Part shown: one piece after another, positions 10,235-21,180 of the stretch
How positions within the stretch are numbered: position 1 is the stretch's first letter
Layout: each line of letters starts with the position of its first letter
NCBI GenBank assembly: GCA_963666205.1
Contig: OY762654.1
Span: 1,344,001-1,408,000 of the forward strand
Direction: 5' to 3'
Origin: Synergistales bacterium
GTDB lineage: Bacteria; Synergistota; Synergistia; Synergistales; JAFGMB01
DNA length: 64,000 bases
Made by a program: the position numbers and the translations under genes
The notes under the pieces: model-generated
What the model was told of the DNA's origin: nothing
The model's input: the letters and a program-made list of their open reading frames with translations, nothing else
The model's database searches: none

Positions 10235-13200
10235 TCAGACACCTCTCTCCAGGATATTGCGTATCCCTTTAAGGGGTGTGAGAATCCATTCTGGACGGTT
10301 ATCCATTTCGTATCTGATCTCATAAAGAGCCTTCTCGAGCAGAAAGGCTTCCAGAAGTTTCTCTATTCTGCTCCTGTCAGAAGGTATGAATTCAGCGTTG
10401 CCTGCTCTTTCAAGATAGGCATGGAGAAAGACTGAGCTCAATGCCCTGTAGAGAGGGTCAAGGAGAGGCTCCAGGATGGGAGCAAGTTCAGGACGGAGAA
10501 CGATCCTTTTTCTACAGGACGTGGAAACCGCATAATCGAAGGAGCGGATCATACCCGCCACATCCCTGAAGGGAGACCGTTTCAGTCTCCTTTCGCTAAA
10601 GGGTCTTGCGGGCTCTCCTTCAAAATCGATGATCATGAAATCCTTACCTGTGAAAAGAACCTGTCCAAGATGGAAGTCTCCATGTATCCTGATCTTGCAG
10701 GAATCGATAACTCCTTCGGTCAATCTTCGGATACGGCGCAGTATTTCGGCCTCTGCCTTCACGGTTTCGGCGGCTTCTTCCCTGACATATTCCGGCAGCC
10801 CATCTAGATTTCTTCGCAGTGCAAGAAGAGTTCTCCTGACCTGCTCTCTGATACTCTGGTAAACCGAACGCTGATAGAGGGCGGAGAAGCGCTCGGGAAC
10901 AAAGTCCGGATCGGACCGGCCAGAGGCCAGGGCGATATGGAGTTCTGCTGTTCTCCTACCGAGGAGCTGGATCATTTCAAGAAAGAACTCACCAATGGTC
11001 TCTGTCAGAAGGGGCTGCTGATCATGGAGATCAGTATCCAGAAGCTGGGGTGCCCAATGTGCAAGATCTCTGAACTCTTCAGGCCTGGCAAGGATGCTTT
11101 CAAAACAGGTATCAAGGGTACCGAGAGTATAACCCCAGGCATCCCCCTGATTGGGGACATAATCCTGAAGAAGACCCACCGTCAGGGGGAGTCCCTCTCC
11201 AGTTCTGTATTCAAGGATTCCCCTGAATGCGGGTACATTCAGGAAAGCGGCCTTTTTCGAAAGAAAACCTGCCAGTTCCTTTTCCGGATTGAGGCCTTCT
11301 TCAAGTTTACGAAAAAGTTTCAGAACAAGCTTTTTCCCATAGCGGATCGAAGTGTTGCTCTGCTCAAGTTTCATGAGTTGAGAACGCACGGATGGACCGG
11401 AGACCATCCCTTTAAGCCCTGTTCCCCTTCCTGAAAAAGCTCTTCCCTCTTCACCTTTCAGCATCCTGCTATGGATCAGAAGATGAAGCAGTTTTTCCCT
11501 GAAATTCTCATCATGAACCCCATCGTACAGAACACCCTCGCCGGACATCAGAACCACTTTCGAAATGACGGCATCGGGGTGATCTTCCCTGAGTCGGAAT
11601 GCCCCGTCACCTGTCGCGAGAGAAAGGGGGAGCAGGTAGGTTTCTGAAGAACCCTCCGTGAACTGGACCCTGGTAAATGTAAGGAAGGAAATATGTGAAT
11701 CCAGTTTGAGAGTAAAATGATCAGTCAGGGATACCCTGCTGATGGATCGTGATTTGGAACCGAACCACCGGCACTTCTGCAGAAAGGCGGGCAGAATGTT
11801 TTCTTCCAGGGTCTTCCTTGGTATCCCGGAAAGAAGATCCTCCCATTTCGGACACTTCATTTCGGGGACCTCTCTTGTTCCCGAAACCTCGATGGAATCT
11901 TTTTCAGGTGCAAGAAGAAACCAGAAATAATCGTGAGGTCCAATGGTCAGAAGGTAGGGACGCTCCTTTATTTTGGGAAAACTGTTTCCGCTGACGATCT
12001 CTTCAGGCATCAGACCCGCATATTGAAATAGATCAAGTTCCACAACCTGGGAAAAACCGGACAGGTTGGCCACAACGAGTACGATCTCATCTTCCCAGTG
12101 ACGGATGAATGCAAGTATCTTCGGGTTTTCCGGAGCAAGGATCTCGGTCTGCCCCCTGCCAAAGGCTTTGAAACGCTTTCTTGTGGCAAGAATTCTTTTT
12201 GTCCACCAGAGGAGTGAGGACTGGCTGCTTTCCTGGTTCTCCACGTTGACCACCTCAAAATGATATTGGGGATCGATTATTGGAGGAAGGAACAGTTTCT
12301 GGGGATTGGCCCTTGAAAAACCAGCGTTCCTGTCGGCCGACCACTGCATGGGAGTCCTGACCCCATTCCTGTCACCAAGGAAGTAATTGTCTCCCATGCC
12401 TATCTCATCGCCATAATAGATAACGGGAGTCCCGGGAAGGGAAAGAAGAATAACATTGATAAGCTCTATTTTCCGCCTGTTATTTCCCATCAATGGCGCA
12501 AGCCTTCGCCGGATGCCAAGGTTTATCCGGGCCTGCCTCTCCCTTGCAAACACTCTGTACATATAGTCTCTTTCTTCGTCAGTGACCATCTCCAGGGTCA
12601 ACTCATCATGGTTTCGGAGGAACATGGCCCACTGACATATATCAGGGATATGGGGGGTCTGATCCAGAATGTCCACCAGGGGAAACCTGTCCTCCATCTG
12701 AATGGACATGAATATCCGCGGCATTATGGGAAAATGGAAGGCCATATGGCACTCTTCTCCCTGGCCGAAATATGCCACAGCATCTTCAGGCCACTGGTTG
12801 GCTTCCGCAAGAAGCATTGTGCCCGGGAAATGAGTGTCCACATGGGATCTCAGGCTTTTAAGGAAGTCGTGGGTCTCCGAAAGATTTTCGCAGTTCGTCC
12901 CTTCCCGTTCGAAAAGGTAGGGAACAGCATCAAGCCTGAGACCATCCACACCCATATCCAGCCAGAAGTCAAGAACCTTCACCATTGCCTTCCTTACCTG
13001 GGGATTTTCGAAGTTCAGATCAGGCTGGTGGGAATAGAAACGGTGCCAGAAATAACTGCCTGCGACAGGATCCCAGCTCCAGTTGGAAGTCTCAAAATCC
13101 TGAAAGATGATGCGCGCATCTTTGTATCTCTCGGCAGTACCGCTCCAGACATAGTAATTGCGCCATGCCGAACCCGGTCTCGCTCTCCGGGCCTTCTGGA

Positions 13201-13576
13201 ACCAGGGATGCTGGTCCGATGTATGGTTGAGGATCAGCTCCGTTATAACCCTCATTCCTCTGGAATGGACCTCTTTGAGTAAACGCCTGAAATCCTTGAG
13301 ATTCCCGTAATCCGGGTTGACACCCATGTATCCCGAGATGTCATAACCGTCATCCTTCAGAGGGGAGGGATAAAATGGAAGAAGCCAGATAGCTGTCACT
13401 CCCAGGTTTTTAAGGTAGTCGAGTTTTTCCAGCAACCCCCTCAGATCACCGATCCCGTCGCCATTATAGTCAAAGAAAGACTTCACGTGGAGCTGATAAA
13501 CGATCGCATCCTTGAACCAGAGAATATCCTTATCTCCCTCTTCTGACAGAATAGACATGCTTTCTCCTCCTCTCAC
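10235..13576 (-). CDS. treS: Trehalose synthase / maltokinase (TreS-Mak) fusion
   Basis: N-terminal TreS (DDGYDI, HRFYSHQPDLN, RLDAVPYL, FLRNHDELTLE) followed by a maltokinase domain (EQSNTS, IRIHGDFHLGQVL, IDFEGEP, DVAGMIRSFDY). Confidence 0.93.
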   Translation of the reverse strand: MRGGESMSILSEEGDKDILWFKDAIVYQLHVKSFFDYNGDGIGDLRGLLEKLDYLKNLGVTAIWLLPFYPSPLKDDGYDISGYMGVNPDYGNLKDFRRLLKEVHSRGMRVITELILNHTSDQHPWFQKARRARPGSAWRNYYVWSGTAERYKDARIIFQDFETSNWSWDPVAGSYFWHRFYSHQPDLNFENPQVRKAMVKVLDFWLDMGVDGLRLDAVPYLFEREGTNCENLSETHDFLKSLRSHVDTHFPGTMLLAEANQWPEDAVAYFGQGEECHMAFHFPIMPRIFMSIQMEDRFPLVDILDQTPHIPDICQWAMFLRNHDELTLEMVTDEERDYMYRVFARERQARINLGIRRRLAPLMGNNRRKIELINVILLSLPGTPVIYYGDEIGMGDNYFLGDRNGVRTPMQWSADRNAGFSRANPQKLFLPPIIDPQYHFEVVNVENQESSQSSLLWWTKRILATRKRFKAFGRGQTEILAPENPKILAFIRHWEDEIVLVVANLSGFSQVVELDLFQYAGLMPEEIVSGNSFPKIKERPYLLTIGPHDYFWFLLAPEKDSIEVSGTREVPEMKCPKWEDLLSGIPRKTLEENILPAFLQKCRWFGSKSRSISRVSLTDHFTLKLDSHISFLTFTRVQFTEGSSETYLLPLSLATGDGAFRLREDHPDAVISKVVLMSGEGVLYDGVHDENFREKLLHLLIHSRMLKGEEGRAFSGRGTGLKGMVSGPSVRSQLMKLEQSNTSIRYGKKLVLKLFRKLEEGLNPEKELAGFLSKKAAFLNVPAFRGILEYRTGEGLPLTVGLLQDYVPNQGDAWGYTLGTLDTCFESILARPEEFRDLAHWAPQLLDTDLHDQQPLLTETIGEFFLEMIQLLGRRTAELHIALASGRSDPDFVPERFSALYQRSVYQSIREQVRRTLLALRRNLDGLPEYVREEAAETVKAEAEILRRIRRLTEGVIDSCKIRIHGDFHLGQVLFTGKDFMIIDFEGEPARPFSERRLKRSPFRDVAGMIRSFDYAVSTSCRKRIVLRPELAPILEPLLDPLYRALSSVFLHAYLERAGNAEFIPSDRSRIEKLLEAFLLEKALYEIRYEMDNRPEWILTPLKGIRNILERGV

Positions 13577-15552
13577 ATGAAGTAGTCGAAATCTGATTCC
13601 CTTCTAAGTGTCCGATTTACAATAAAGATTCCTGCCGGCAGAATGCCGGGATCCAGATTCACCCCATTGAACTCTCCCTGCCAGAGATGCCTTTCATCGC
13701 CGATGAGTTCATGAAGCATATAGGAATCCTCCGGACTTATGCCAAGATCCCCTAGAGGGACCTTTACCGTACCCGACTGCCTGTGAAAGGGATCCAGGTT
13801 GACAGCCACCATGACAACATTTGAGAGATCTTTCGTCCTTTTTTCGAAAAAAAGGATCTGATCGTTATCCACTTCATAGAATTTAAGGTTGAAGGTTTCC
13901 CAGAGTGCAGGATTTTCATTTCTTATGCGGTTCACCCTTGCTATAAGATCCCTGAGACTCAAGGGACTGTTCAGATCCCACCTTTTTATCTCGTATTTTT
14001 CGGAATCCGCATACTCCTCCCTGTCTTCCAGAGCCTCGGAAACGCAGAGGTCAAAAGCGGGTCCATAGATACCGTAATTGGATGAAAGGGTGGCCGCAAG
14101 GACAAGCCGTGAGACAAAAGCTGCCCTGCCTCCGAACTGGAGGAACTGGGGGAGGATATCAGGCGTGTTGGGCCAGAAATTGGGCCGGAAATACTCCCTG
14201 AGCTCTCCTCTGGTAAGATCTTCCAGGTAAGTCTGTAACTCTGATTTTGTATTCCGCCATGTGAAATAGGTGTAGGATTGACTGAAGCCCGCCTTCGCCA
14301 GCCGGGACATGACCCTGGGACGGGTAAAGGCCTCCGAGAGAAAGATCACATCGGGATGATCCTTTCTGACCGAATTAAATAGCCATTCCCAGAAAGCAAA
14401 GGGTTTCGTATGGGGATTGTCCACCCTGAAGATCCGAACTCCCATATCTATCCAGTGGAACAGGATACTTCCCAGTTCCTTCCACAGGGCCTGCCAATCC
14501 TGACATTCAAAATCGAAAGGAACAATATCCTCGTATTTTTTAGGAGGGTTTTCAGCATACTGGATGACCCCATCCGGACGCCAGCGAAACCATTCCGGAT
14601 GCTCTTTCACATAGGGGTGATCGGGAGAGCATTGAAAAGCCAGATCCAGGGCTATTTCCATGCCCCATTCCTTTGAGCAGCGGATCAGTGACAGAAAATC
14701 CTCTTCTTTCCCCAGTTGATGGTGTATCGATTTATGCCCGCCTTCTGCTGATCCGATGGCCCAGGGACTGCCCGGAGAATCCGTCCCTGCAGTTATGGAG
14801 TTGTTCCTCCCCTTGCGATTTGTTCTCCCGATGGGATGGATGGGCGAAAGGTAGAGGACATCGAAACCCATTCCTGAAATTTCAGGGATCTGCTTTTCCA
14901 GGTCACGAAAAGTCCCGTGCTCTTCTCCTTTTCCCCAGGATCGGGGGAAAACTTCGTACCAGGTGCTGAAGCCGGCCTTTCCCCTGTCCACCCAGAGGGG
15001 CAGTTCTTTTTCATAAAATGAAATACGGTCCTCCTCCACATAACGGCTCATGAGGTTTCCAAGTTCAGGACTCAAAGCGATTCGGGCCGCCCGAAACCCA
15101 TCCTCCTGGCCTTCAATGCTACGGCACCACCCGTCGAAGATCTCGAGAGCATCCTCATCTGCCCTTGACCTGGCTTCCCTGATCATTTCCATGCCTATAA
15201 GGAGTTCCTGTTCTATTTCCTGGCCTGCATCTATCCTTTTTTTCAGATCACCCTGCCATGTCAGAAAGTGGTCGACCCATCCGCAGACCGTGTAAAACCA
15301 TGTTCCCATTTCGTCAGCCCGAAAGCTGCCAGTCCATCGGTCATTTTCGAGAGGGTCCATAAAAATCCTGTTCCAGGAATCATCCTCTGCCTTTCTGTAC
15401 ATAAGACAGGCCACTACCTGGTCGTGACCGTCGGCGAAGATATGGGCCTCAACTTCGATCTTCTCTCCTGCGATCCTTTTCACAGGAAACCTTCCGCAGT
15501 CGACCTCGGGACTCACGGCCTCGATAGATACACGTTTTCTACCTTTGATCAT
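13573..15552 (-). CDS. glgE: Alpha-1,4-glucan:maltose-1-phosphate maltosyltransferase
   Basis: FADGHD, WYEVFPRS, GSPWAIG, QCSPDHP, ENPPKKYED, RVDNPHTKP, NTPDIL. Confidence 0.95.
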   Translation of the reverse strand: MIKGRKRVSIEAVSPEVDCGRFPVKRIAGEKIEVEAHIFADGHDQVVACLMYRKAEDDSWNRIFMDPLENDRWTGSFRADEMGTWFYTVCGWVDHFLTWQGDLKKRIDAGQEIEQELLIGMEMIREARSRADEDALEIFDGWCRSIEGQEDGFRAARIALSPELGNLMSRYVEEDRISFYEKELPLWVDRGKAGFSTWYEVFPRSWGKGEEHGTFRDLEKQIPEISGMGFDVLYLSPIHPIGRTNRKGRNNSITAGTDSPGSPWAIGSAEGGHKSIHHQLGKEEDFLSLIRCSKEWGMEIALDLAFQCSPDHPYVKEHPEWFRWRPDGVIQYAENPPKKYEDIVPFDFECQDWQALWKELGSILFHWIDMGVRIFRVDNPHTKPFAFWEWLFNSVRKDHPDVIFLSEAFTRPRVMSRLAKAGFSQSYTYFTWRNTKSELQTYLEDLTRGELREYFRPNFWPNTPDILPQFLQFGGRAAFVSRLVLAATLSSNYGIYGPAFDLCVSEALEDREEYADSEKYEIKRWDLNSPLSLRDLIARVNRIRNENPALWETFNLKFYEVDNDQILFFEKRTKDLSNVVMVAVNLDPFHRQSGTVKVPLGDLGISPEDSYMLHELIGDERHLWQGEFNGVNLDPGILPAGIFIVNRTLRRESDFDYFM

Positions 15553-16103
15553 GCTTAGATCACTCCCTCTAAATCGGGAAAATACCGGGGGGAAATTATG
15601 GGCTTTAATAGAATTGATCTTAATTACAGGAAAAGGGAAAAGGATGGTTTACGATGAGAAGAAAAAATAAAAAAACAGATTTATCTAGAGCTCACTGGCC
15701 CCCATGTTTAACCAATTACTCACAATTATACCCCAACGGCTTTACAACTTCCAAGTACAGCAATAAAATATCATTGATTCATAATGATAATACAAGTAGA
15801 CTTCGTAAAGATTTACCCTATGCAGGATATGAACAATAAATTCCAGTTACTCTGCCATTGTCTGAATATACTATGTTCATCAAGGTTCTGCTTGTCAGGG
15901 AAATCAATATCCATTAAGATTAACTCGCAGTTATGCAGGAATGTTTACACTTGACTTCATACTTCTCTGGCAGCTGTTTTTCCATTCTTCTCTTCACAAA
16001 TACACCAGACTACCCATACTCTTATTTTCATTCCAGGCAGGTTCCTGTTATCAACAAAAGCATCATTTCTGTTGTCCATATTTGAAAGGAGAGTGACAGC
16101 AAG

Positions 16104-17591
16104 ATGAAGAGATACCTCTGGTTAACAGTAGTTTTTTCTTTAACAATTCTTCTACTGGCCGCAGGAGCAGGTTTCGCTGCTACCTGGTATGTAGCTACAG
16201 ATGGGGACGATGACCCCGGAAACGGTTCTTCATCATTCCCCTTTGAAACCATTCAGTACGCCGTTGACAGCGCTTCCGATGGAGACACCATCCTGGTAGA
16301 AGCGGGTACTTATTTCGAAGACGTCACCGTCGATAAGGATAGGCTGACCCTCAGGTCCCTGACCACCTGGAGCGCCACCATTGATGGCGAAGACTACGGG
16401 ATCGAGCTTACGGGCAACGGTCTTACAGTCGAGGACTTCACTATCAAAAATTCTGTCTATGGAATAGTTGTAAATGGAGACCAGACTGAGGACGTCACCT
16501 TCTCCTCAAACTGGTTCTCCAATATTTCAAATGACGGAATTTCTTTTGCCGGGGAGGTAACCATCGATGGATGTTCCGTTACCATCGAAGATAATGACAT
16601 ATTCAGCTCGGGAATTGGTATCTATATGGCAGGTGATGTGGACATTTTACAGAATGTGGATATAAAGATCCTCGACAACTACATGGACGACTGTGACAAC
16701 AGCGGTATCTATGTTGATGAAATAGATCCTGATGGAAACGACATTTCATTCAAGATCGAAAACAATGATATAAGCCTTTCCGGTGGAATGAGCGGCAGCT
16801 ATGGAATATACATGAATAACGCCGAAAGGACCACCTGGATCAAGGACAATACCATTACAGGAGACTATGATTACGGAATTTACATATACCTTTCAGGCCA
16901 GTATGGGAAAGACCCCTTGCTGCTTTACGTAGATAACAACGAGGTCGGTGAATGTGAATATGGTATTTACATGTACGAACTATTCGAGAATTTTGGTGGT
17001 TCTATCTACACCCGGGACAACACCATCTATGAATGCAGTTACGGGATTTATTTAGACTACGTCGGCTACGACAGGGATGCCGATGGATTCAAAGTCTACG
17101 TTGAAGATAACTATATTACAGACTGCAACGATTATGGTTTGGTGCTCTACGAGTTCTTTTATAACACCACCGGAGAAATTTATGTCCAGGGTAATACTTT
17201 TATTGAAAACGACAATGGAATGCTTGTGGACGAAGGAAACTTCCTGGAAGAATCCACCTTTGTACTGAAAAACAATAATTTCCAGGATAATCTTTTCTAT
17301 GGAGTGGAAAATATTACTGGTGTACTGATCGATGCTCCGGATAACTGGTGGGGAGACCCAAGCGGTCCCTACGACCCGGTTTCTGCTATGGACAACCCCT
17401 CTTACGACAACCCCGACGGTCTGGGGGACGAAGTTACAGAATTTGTAGATTATACACCCTGGAGGGAAAGCCCATACATTCCAGGAGAGGGCAGTTCCGG
17501 CGGCGGCTGTAACACCGGAGCATCCATACCTGGCCTTCTACTGCTGATCCTTCCCCTCCTCGCTCTTGCCAGGTTCAAAAAGAATATCTAA
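16104..17591 (+). CDS. Secreted acidic right-handed parallel beta-helix protein with a Synergist-CTERM-type sorting signal
   Basis: Signal peptide; YVAT.G.D..G.G....PF.TIQ.AVD motif; repeated I.DN.I...YGIY units; NWWGDPSGP; C-terminal SSGGGCNTG, hydrophobic helix and basic tail. Confidence 0.85.
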   Translation: MKRYLWLTVVFSLTILLLAAGAGFAATWYVATDGDDDPGNGSSSFPFETIQYAVDSASDGDTILVEAGTYFEDVTVDKDRLTLRSLTTWSATIDGEDYGIELTGNGLTVEDFTIKNSVYGIVVNGDQTEDVTFSSNWFSNISNDGISFAGEVTIDGCSVTIEDNDIFSSGIGIYMAGDVDILQNVDIKILDNYMDDCDNSGIYVDEIDPDGNDISFKIENNDISLSGGMSGSYGIYMNNAERTTWIKDNTITGDYDYGIYIYLSGQYGKDPLLLYVDNNEVGECEYGIYMYELFENFGGSIYTRDNTIYECSYGIYLDYVGYDRDADGFKVYVEDNYITDCNDYGLVLYEFFYNTTGEIYVQGNTFIENDNGMLVDEGNFLEESTFVLKNNNFQDNLFYGVENITGVLIDAPDNWWGDPSGPYDPVSAMDNPSYDNPDGLGDEVTEFVDYTPWRESPYIPGEGSSGGGCNTGASIPGLLLLILPLLALARFKKNI

Positions 17592-17612
17592 AAACGTGAA
17601 AAAACATAAATC

Positions 17613-17641
17613 AGGGCCCGGAGAGATCCGGGCCTTTTTTT
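17613..17641 (+). terminator. Intrinsic terminator between convergent genes
   Basis: GGCCCGGA-GAGA-TCCGGGCC followed by a T run. Confidence 0.8.
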
Positions 17642-17682
17642 CTGAAACCATATACTGAAAATTTCTGCCTGGCATACTGGTT

Positions 17683-18747
17683 TTATCCGATGGTCTTTTC
17701 CAGGAAACAGAATAAATTGCCGCCCATGACTTTTACAGCATCTTCTTCGGTGTACCCTCGAGCCAGCAGTTCTGCAGTAAGATCCATACATTTACCATGT
17801 CCATTGATACAATCACGGAATTTTGCCGATTCCGGGTCTGCTGTGTCCCTTAAATCATCACAGAAATCGAATCCGAATCCCACATGGTCTATTCCGGCAA
17901 TATCCCGAATATGATCTACATGATGTGCAAGATCTTTTTCTGTCATTTCTTCTGAGACTGAGTCACCCACAAAGAGACTGCAGACATTCATTCCTACAAC
18001 TCCACCCCGGGATGCCAGCCTGCGGATCTGATCATCGGTGAGGTTCCGCATGACAGGAGCCAGTTTACGGCAGTTTGAATGGGAGGCCATAACCGGCCCT
18101 TCGTACAACCTGAGAAGGTCATCCACCCCCTCATCGTTGAGATGACTGATATCCAGATACATTCCCAGCCGGACTGCTTCCTTAATAACCTGAACCCCAA
18201 AGCTGGTAAGCCCGCCCTTGCGGCCCTCTTCCACCTGGTCAAAGAGACAGCCGTCAGCAGCGTAATTTCGACGGCTCCATGTCAGCCCCACTCCCCTGAC
18301 ACCCAATTCATAAAAGATCCTCAACATGGAAAGGTCGTTACCTACAGGATCAAGTCCTTCAAAGGACAGGACTATGGCAAGCTCACCCCTCTGTCGGGCC
18401 TGTCGGATCTCTTCGGTATTACGGCACAACGAAAAAAGCCCAGGACTTTCATCCATTTCGGAATAAAGGGTGCTGATCTGGTCCATGGTCCTTCTGAGTC
18501 CCATTTCAGGCAGAAACTCGTTCTCCACAAAGAGAGAAGAAATGATGAGGTCCACACCGCCAGCCCTCATTCCGGGAAGGTAGTCCTTTTCGATAACCCG
18601 GGTTTCTCCCTTCTGGCGTTTCGCCAGGACAAGGTTAAGGAGGTCAAAATGGGCATCCGCAACCAGATTGTTTTTATGAAGAGCTGCGGCCTGTTCCTTG
18701 AATGCAAGTTGAGTTTTCTGATCATACATCATAAGGTAAACCTCCAC
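17683..18747 (-). CDS. Membrane dipeptidase family (peptidase M19)
   Basis: DAHFD, LSFEG, GLTWSRRN, DISH, ASHSN..RNLTD, GFGFDF. Confidence 0.9.
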   Translation of the reverse strand: MEVYLMMYDQKTQLAFKEQAAALHKNNLVADAHFDLLNLVLAKRQKGETRVIEKDYLPGMRAGGVDLIISSLFVENEFLPEMGLRRTMDQISTLYSEMDESPGLFSLCRNTEEIRQARQRGELAIVLSFEGLDPVGNDLSMLRIFYELGVRGVGLTWSRRNYAADGCLFDQVEEGRKGGLTSFGVQVIKEAVRLGMYLDISHLNDEGVDDLLRLYEGPVMASHSNCRKLAPVMRNLTDDQIRRLASRGGVVGMNVCSLFVGDSVSEEMTEKDLAHHVDHIRDIAGIDHVGFGFDFCDDLRDTADPESAKFRDCINGHGKCMDLTAELLARGYTEEDAVKVMGGNLFCFLEKTIG

Positions 18748-18904
18748 ATATATTTTCAGCTTCTCCGACAGGGAGTATCACAAAATAACTCTTACACCAG
18801 AGATTATAGTCCTTTAAAAGCTCTTATTTTCCCGGTCCCTTGTCTGAATAAATATTCTGAATTAAAGTAAAATGATATTCAACAATAATTGAGGGGGGAC
18901 TGGA

Positions 18905-19645
18905 ATGTCAGTTTACACTATCAGGAGCAAGACGCGCTCGTGGGACGGGGAAAGCATAGGAATTCTTATTCTGGACGCTGCATATCCATGCGTTCCGGGA
19001 AACGTAGGAAATGCTACCACATATCCCTTCCCGGTCCGATACAAGGAGATCAAAGGTTCTTCTATTGAACGGCTTCTGAATGAGAGGGACCCTGAACTCC
19101 TCACTCCCTTCATCGAAGGTGCAAAGGAGCTTGAAGCAGAAGGTGTGCGGGCCATTACCGGAGCATGCGGGTTCATGGCCCTTTTCCAGAAAAAAGTCGC
19201 AGAGTCCGTAAAGGTTCCAGTCTTTTTATCAAGCCTGCTGCAGGTCCCCTTCATTTACAGGACCCTTAGCACTAATCAGAAAATAGGCATTATCACCGCA
19301 AATTCATCCTGCCTGACCGATGAACACTTTGAAAACGTCGGTATCACAAAAGATATGCCTCTCGTTATCTACGGCATGGAGGATCAGGAAGAATTCCGTA
19401 CATCTGTTCTCGAAGAAAAGGGAACCATGGATTCAGACCTGGTCAGGAAAGAAGTTGTCGGAGTTGCGGACCGTATGGTGACAGAACACCCTGAAGTTGC
19501 GGCCATCCTGCTGGAATGCAGCGACCTGCCTCCCTATGCACACGCCGTTCATGGAGCAACGGGCAGACCGGTTTTCGACTTTATAACCATGATAAAACAT
19601 GTCCATTCAGCCCTTGTACCCACACAATATGAGGGGTACATGTAA
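18905..19645 (+). CDS. Aspartate/glutamate/hydantoin racemase superfamily protein
   Basis: IGILILD..PG.VGNA.TY.FPV, AITGACGF, LLECSDLPPY; two catalytic-type Cys. Confidence 0.8.
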   Translation: MSVYTIRSKTRSWDGESIGILILDAAYPCVPGNVGNATTYPFPVRYKEIKGSSIERLLNERDPELLTPFIEGAKELEAEGVRAITGACGFMALFQKKVAESVKVPVFLSSLLQVPFIYRTLSTNQKIGIITANSSCLTDEHFENVGITKDMPLVIYGMEDQEEFRTSVLEEKGTMDSDLVRKEVVGVADRMVTEHPEVAAILLECSDLPPYAHAVHGATGRPVFDFITMIKHVHSALVPTQYEGYM

Positions 19646-19858
19646 ATCCATCTTACTTTCACAGGAATTGAGAAGTCAGCAATACCCTTAGCTATGGAGA
19701 TGGTACCTTCAGGAACAGTCATGTAGAAAGGGAATATTGCGACCCACGCCGCAGAACAACACTCTGCTGTTTCTGCCATGGAATGGATCTATAATGGATT
19801 TTTTCAGAAAATATCAGGGACAGATATCTTTTCTGAAAAAGCTGCTCACATAAAAAAC

Positions 19859-19895
19859 AAGAGGAACGGGTTCTCATCAAAAACCCGTTCCTCTT
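19859..19895. terminator. Bidirectional terminator hairpin
   Basis: AAGAGGAACGGGTT / AACCCGTTCCTCTT inverted repeat between convergent genes. Confidence 0.75.
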
Positions 19896-19918
19896 TAAAA
19901 ACTCTGTCTGAAAGTTGT

Positions 19919-21142
19919 TTACCAGTTTTGGATTGCACCCATCCGATCGCGAAGATATGGAAGAAATTTGGGCTTGTAATGCAATTGCTTTGCCTCATCC
20001 TCCGATATCTCAACTCCCAACCCCGGTCTATCACTGATCTGGATAGAGTCTTTATTCATGGTTATCGGACTCTGAAATACTTTTGCAATTTCCGCATCCG
20101 GATCGACGTATTCCTGGATACCGAAACTGGAAATATGCATATCAATATGAGCCAATGCAGCATGAGCGATCGGGGAAATATCAGATGGTCCATGAAAGGC
20201 CGTCCTTATATCAAATACTTCAGCAAAAGCAGCAAGTTTAAGTAAAGGAGTAATACCTCCAAAGTGACTTATGTCAACCCGGATGTAATCTATCAGTCTC
20301 CTGCTTATCAGATCCCGGCAGTCGGAGATCGTATTAAAAAGCTCTCCTAATCCTATGGGAGTTGAACTCTGCATCTTGATATTTTCCAGCACCTTGTTGT
20401 TAAAAGAATCCACAGGATCTTCCAGAAAGAGAAGATTGTAAGGTTCAAGGGCTTTTGCCACTCTGCAAGCCTGATCTGAAGATAACCTCCCGTGAACATC
20501 GTGGATCAGGCCGATGTTGTCACCAAGTGCTGAACGAAGTTCAGCAGTAACTCTTATAAGGTCATTGGCATATACGTTTTCATCCCAGATCTGTTCTTCC
20601 TTTTTCAGCGTATTAACTTCTATCCTTTTCTGTTTCGGATCCTGATAGGGCTGTCTGAAATATTCTCCCTCACGAAAGGGGTCAGGAGTGTCAAAGCTGT
20701 ATCGTAAAATGGTACAACCCTGTTCAACTTTTTCACGGCACTTCCTGATCAATTCTTCCACATCTGAACCATGGACATGCAGATATATCCGGGCACGATC
20801 GCGGCATTTCCCTCCAAACAGGGAATAAAGGGGAAGATCTGCCCTTTTCCCTTTGATATCCCAAAGGGCCATATCCACTCCTGCAAGGGCAGACATGAAA
20901 ACCGGACCGCCCCTCCAGTAGCCTCCCTTGAAGATCATCTGCCATATATCCTGTATCCTGTCAGAATCGAAACCTTCAAGCCACTCTGCAAAATATTCAT
21001 CGATAAGAGATTTTACTGCAAGTTCTCTGCCATTAAGAGTTGCATCACCATATCCGACAATACCGCTCTTTGTCGTTATCTTTACTATGAGGTAATTTCT
21101 CCCCGGTGAAGTTAATATGGTTTCTATTTTTTTTATTTCCAT
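19919..21142 (-). CDS. Enolase-superfamily acid-sugar dehydratase, mannonate dehydratase/RspA subgroup
   Basis: PGRNYLIVKITT..G..GYGDATLNGRELAV, YWRGGPV, DMALWDIKGK, HDVH, LEDP, GELFN, HGPSDISP. Confidence 0.85.
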   Translation of the reverse strand: MEIKKIETILTSPGRNYLIVKITTKSGIVGYGDATLNGRELAVKSLIDEYFAEWLEGFDSDRIQDIWQMIFKGGYWRGGPVFMSALAGVDMALWDIKGKRADLPLYSLFGGKCRDRARIYLHVHGSDVEELIRKCREKVEQGCTILRYSFDTPDPFREGEYFRQPYQDPKQKRIEVNTLKKEEQIWDENVYANDLIRVTAELRSALGDNIGLIHDVHGRLSSDQACRVAKALEPYNLLFLEDPVDSFNNKVLENIKMQSSTPIGLGELFNTISDCRDLISRRLIDYIRVDISHFGGITPLLKLAAFAEVFDIRTAFHGPSDISPIAHAALAHIDMHISSFGIQEYVDPDAEIAKVFQSPITMNKDSIQISDRPGLGVEISEDEAKQLHYKPKFLPYLRDRMGAIQNW

Positions 21143-21180
21143 AACATCATCTCCTGAAAAACAATAATGCGATATTCATA

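Noticed and set aside
18079-18870. 263-aa plus-strand ORF, and similar long ORFs at 12608-13282, 35122-35796 and 45548-46189
   Set aside because: Antisense shadows of well-supported genes with no recognisable motifs.
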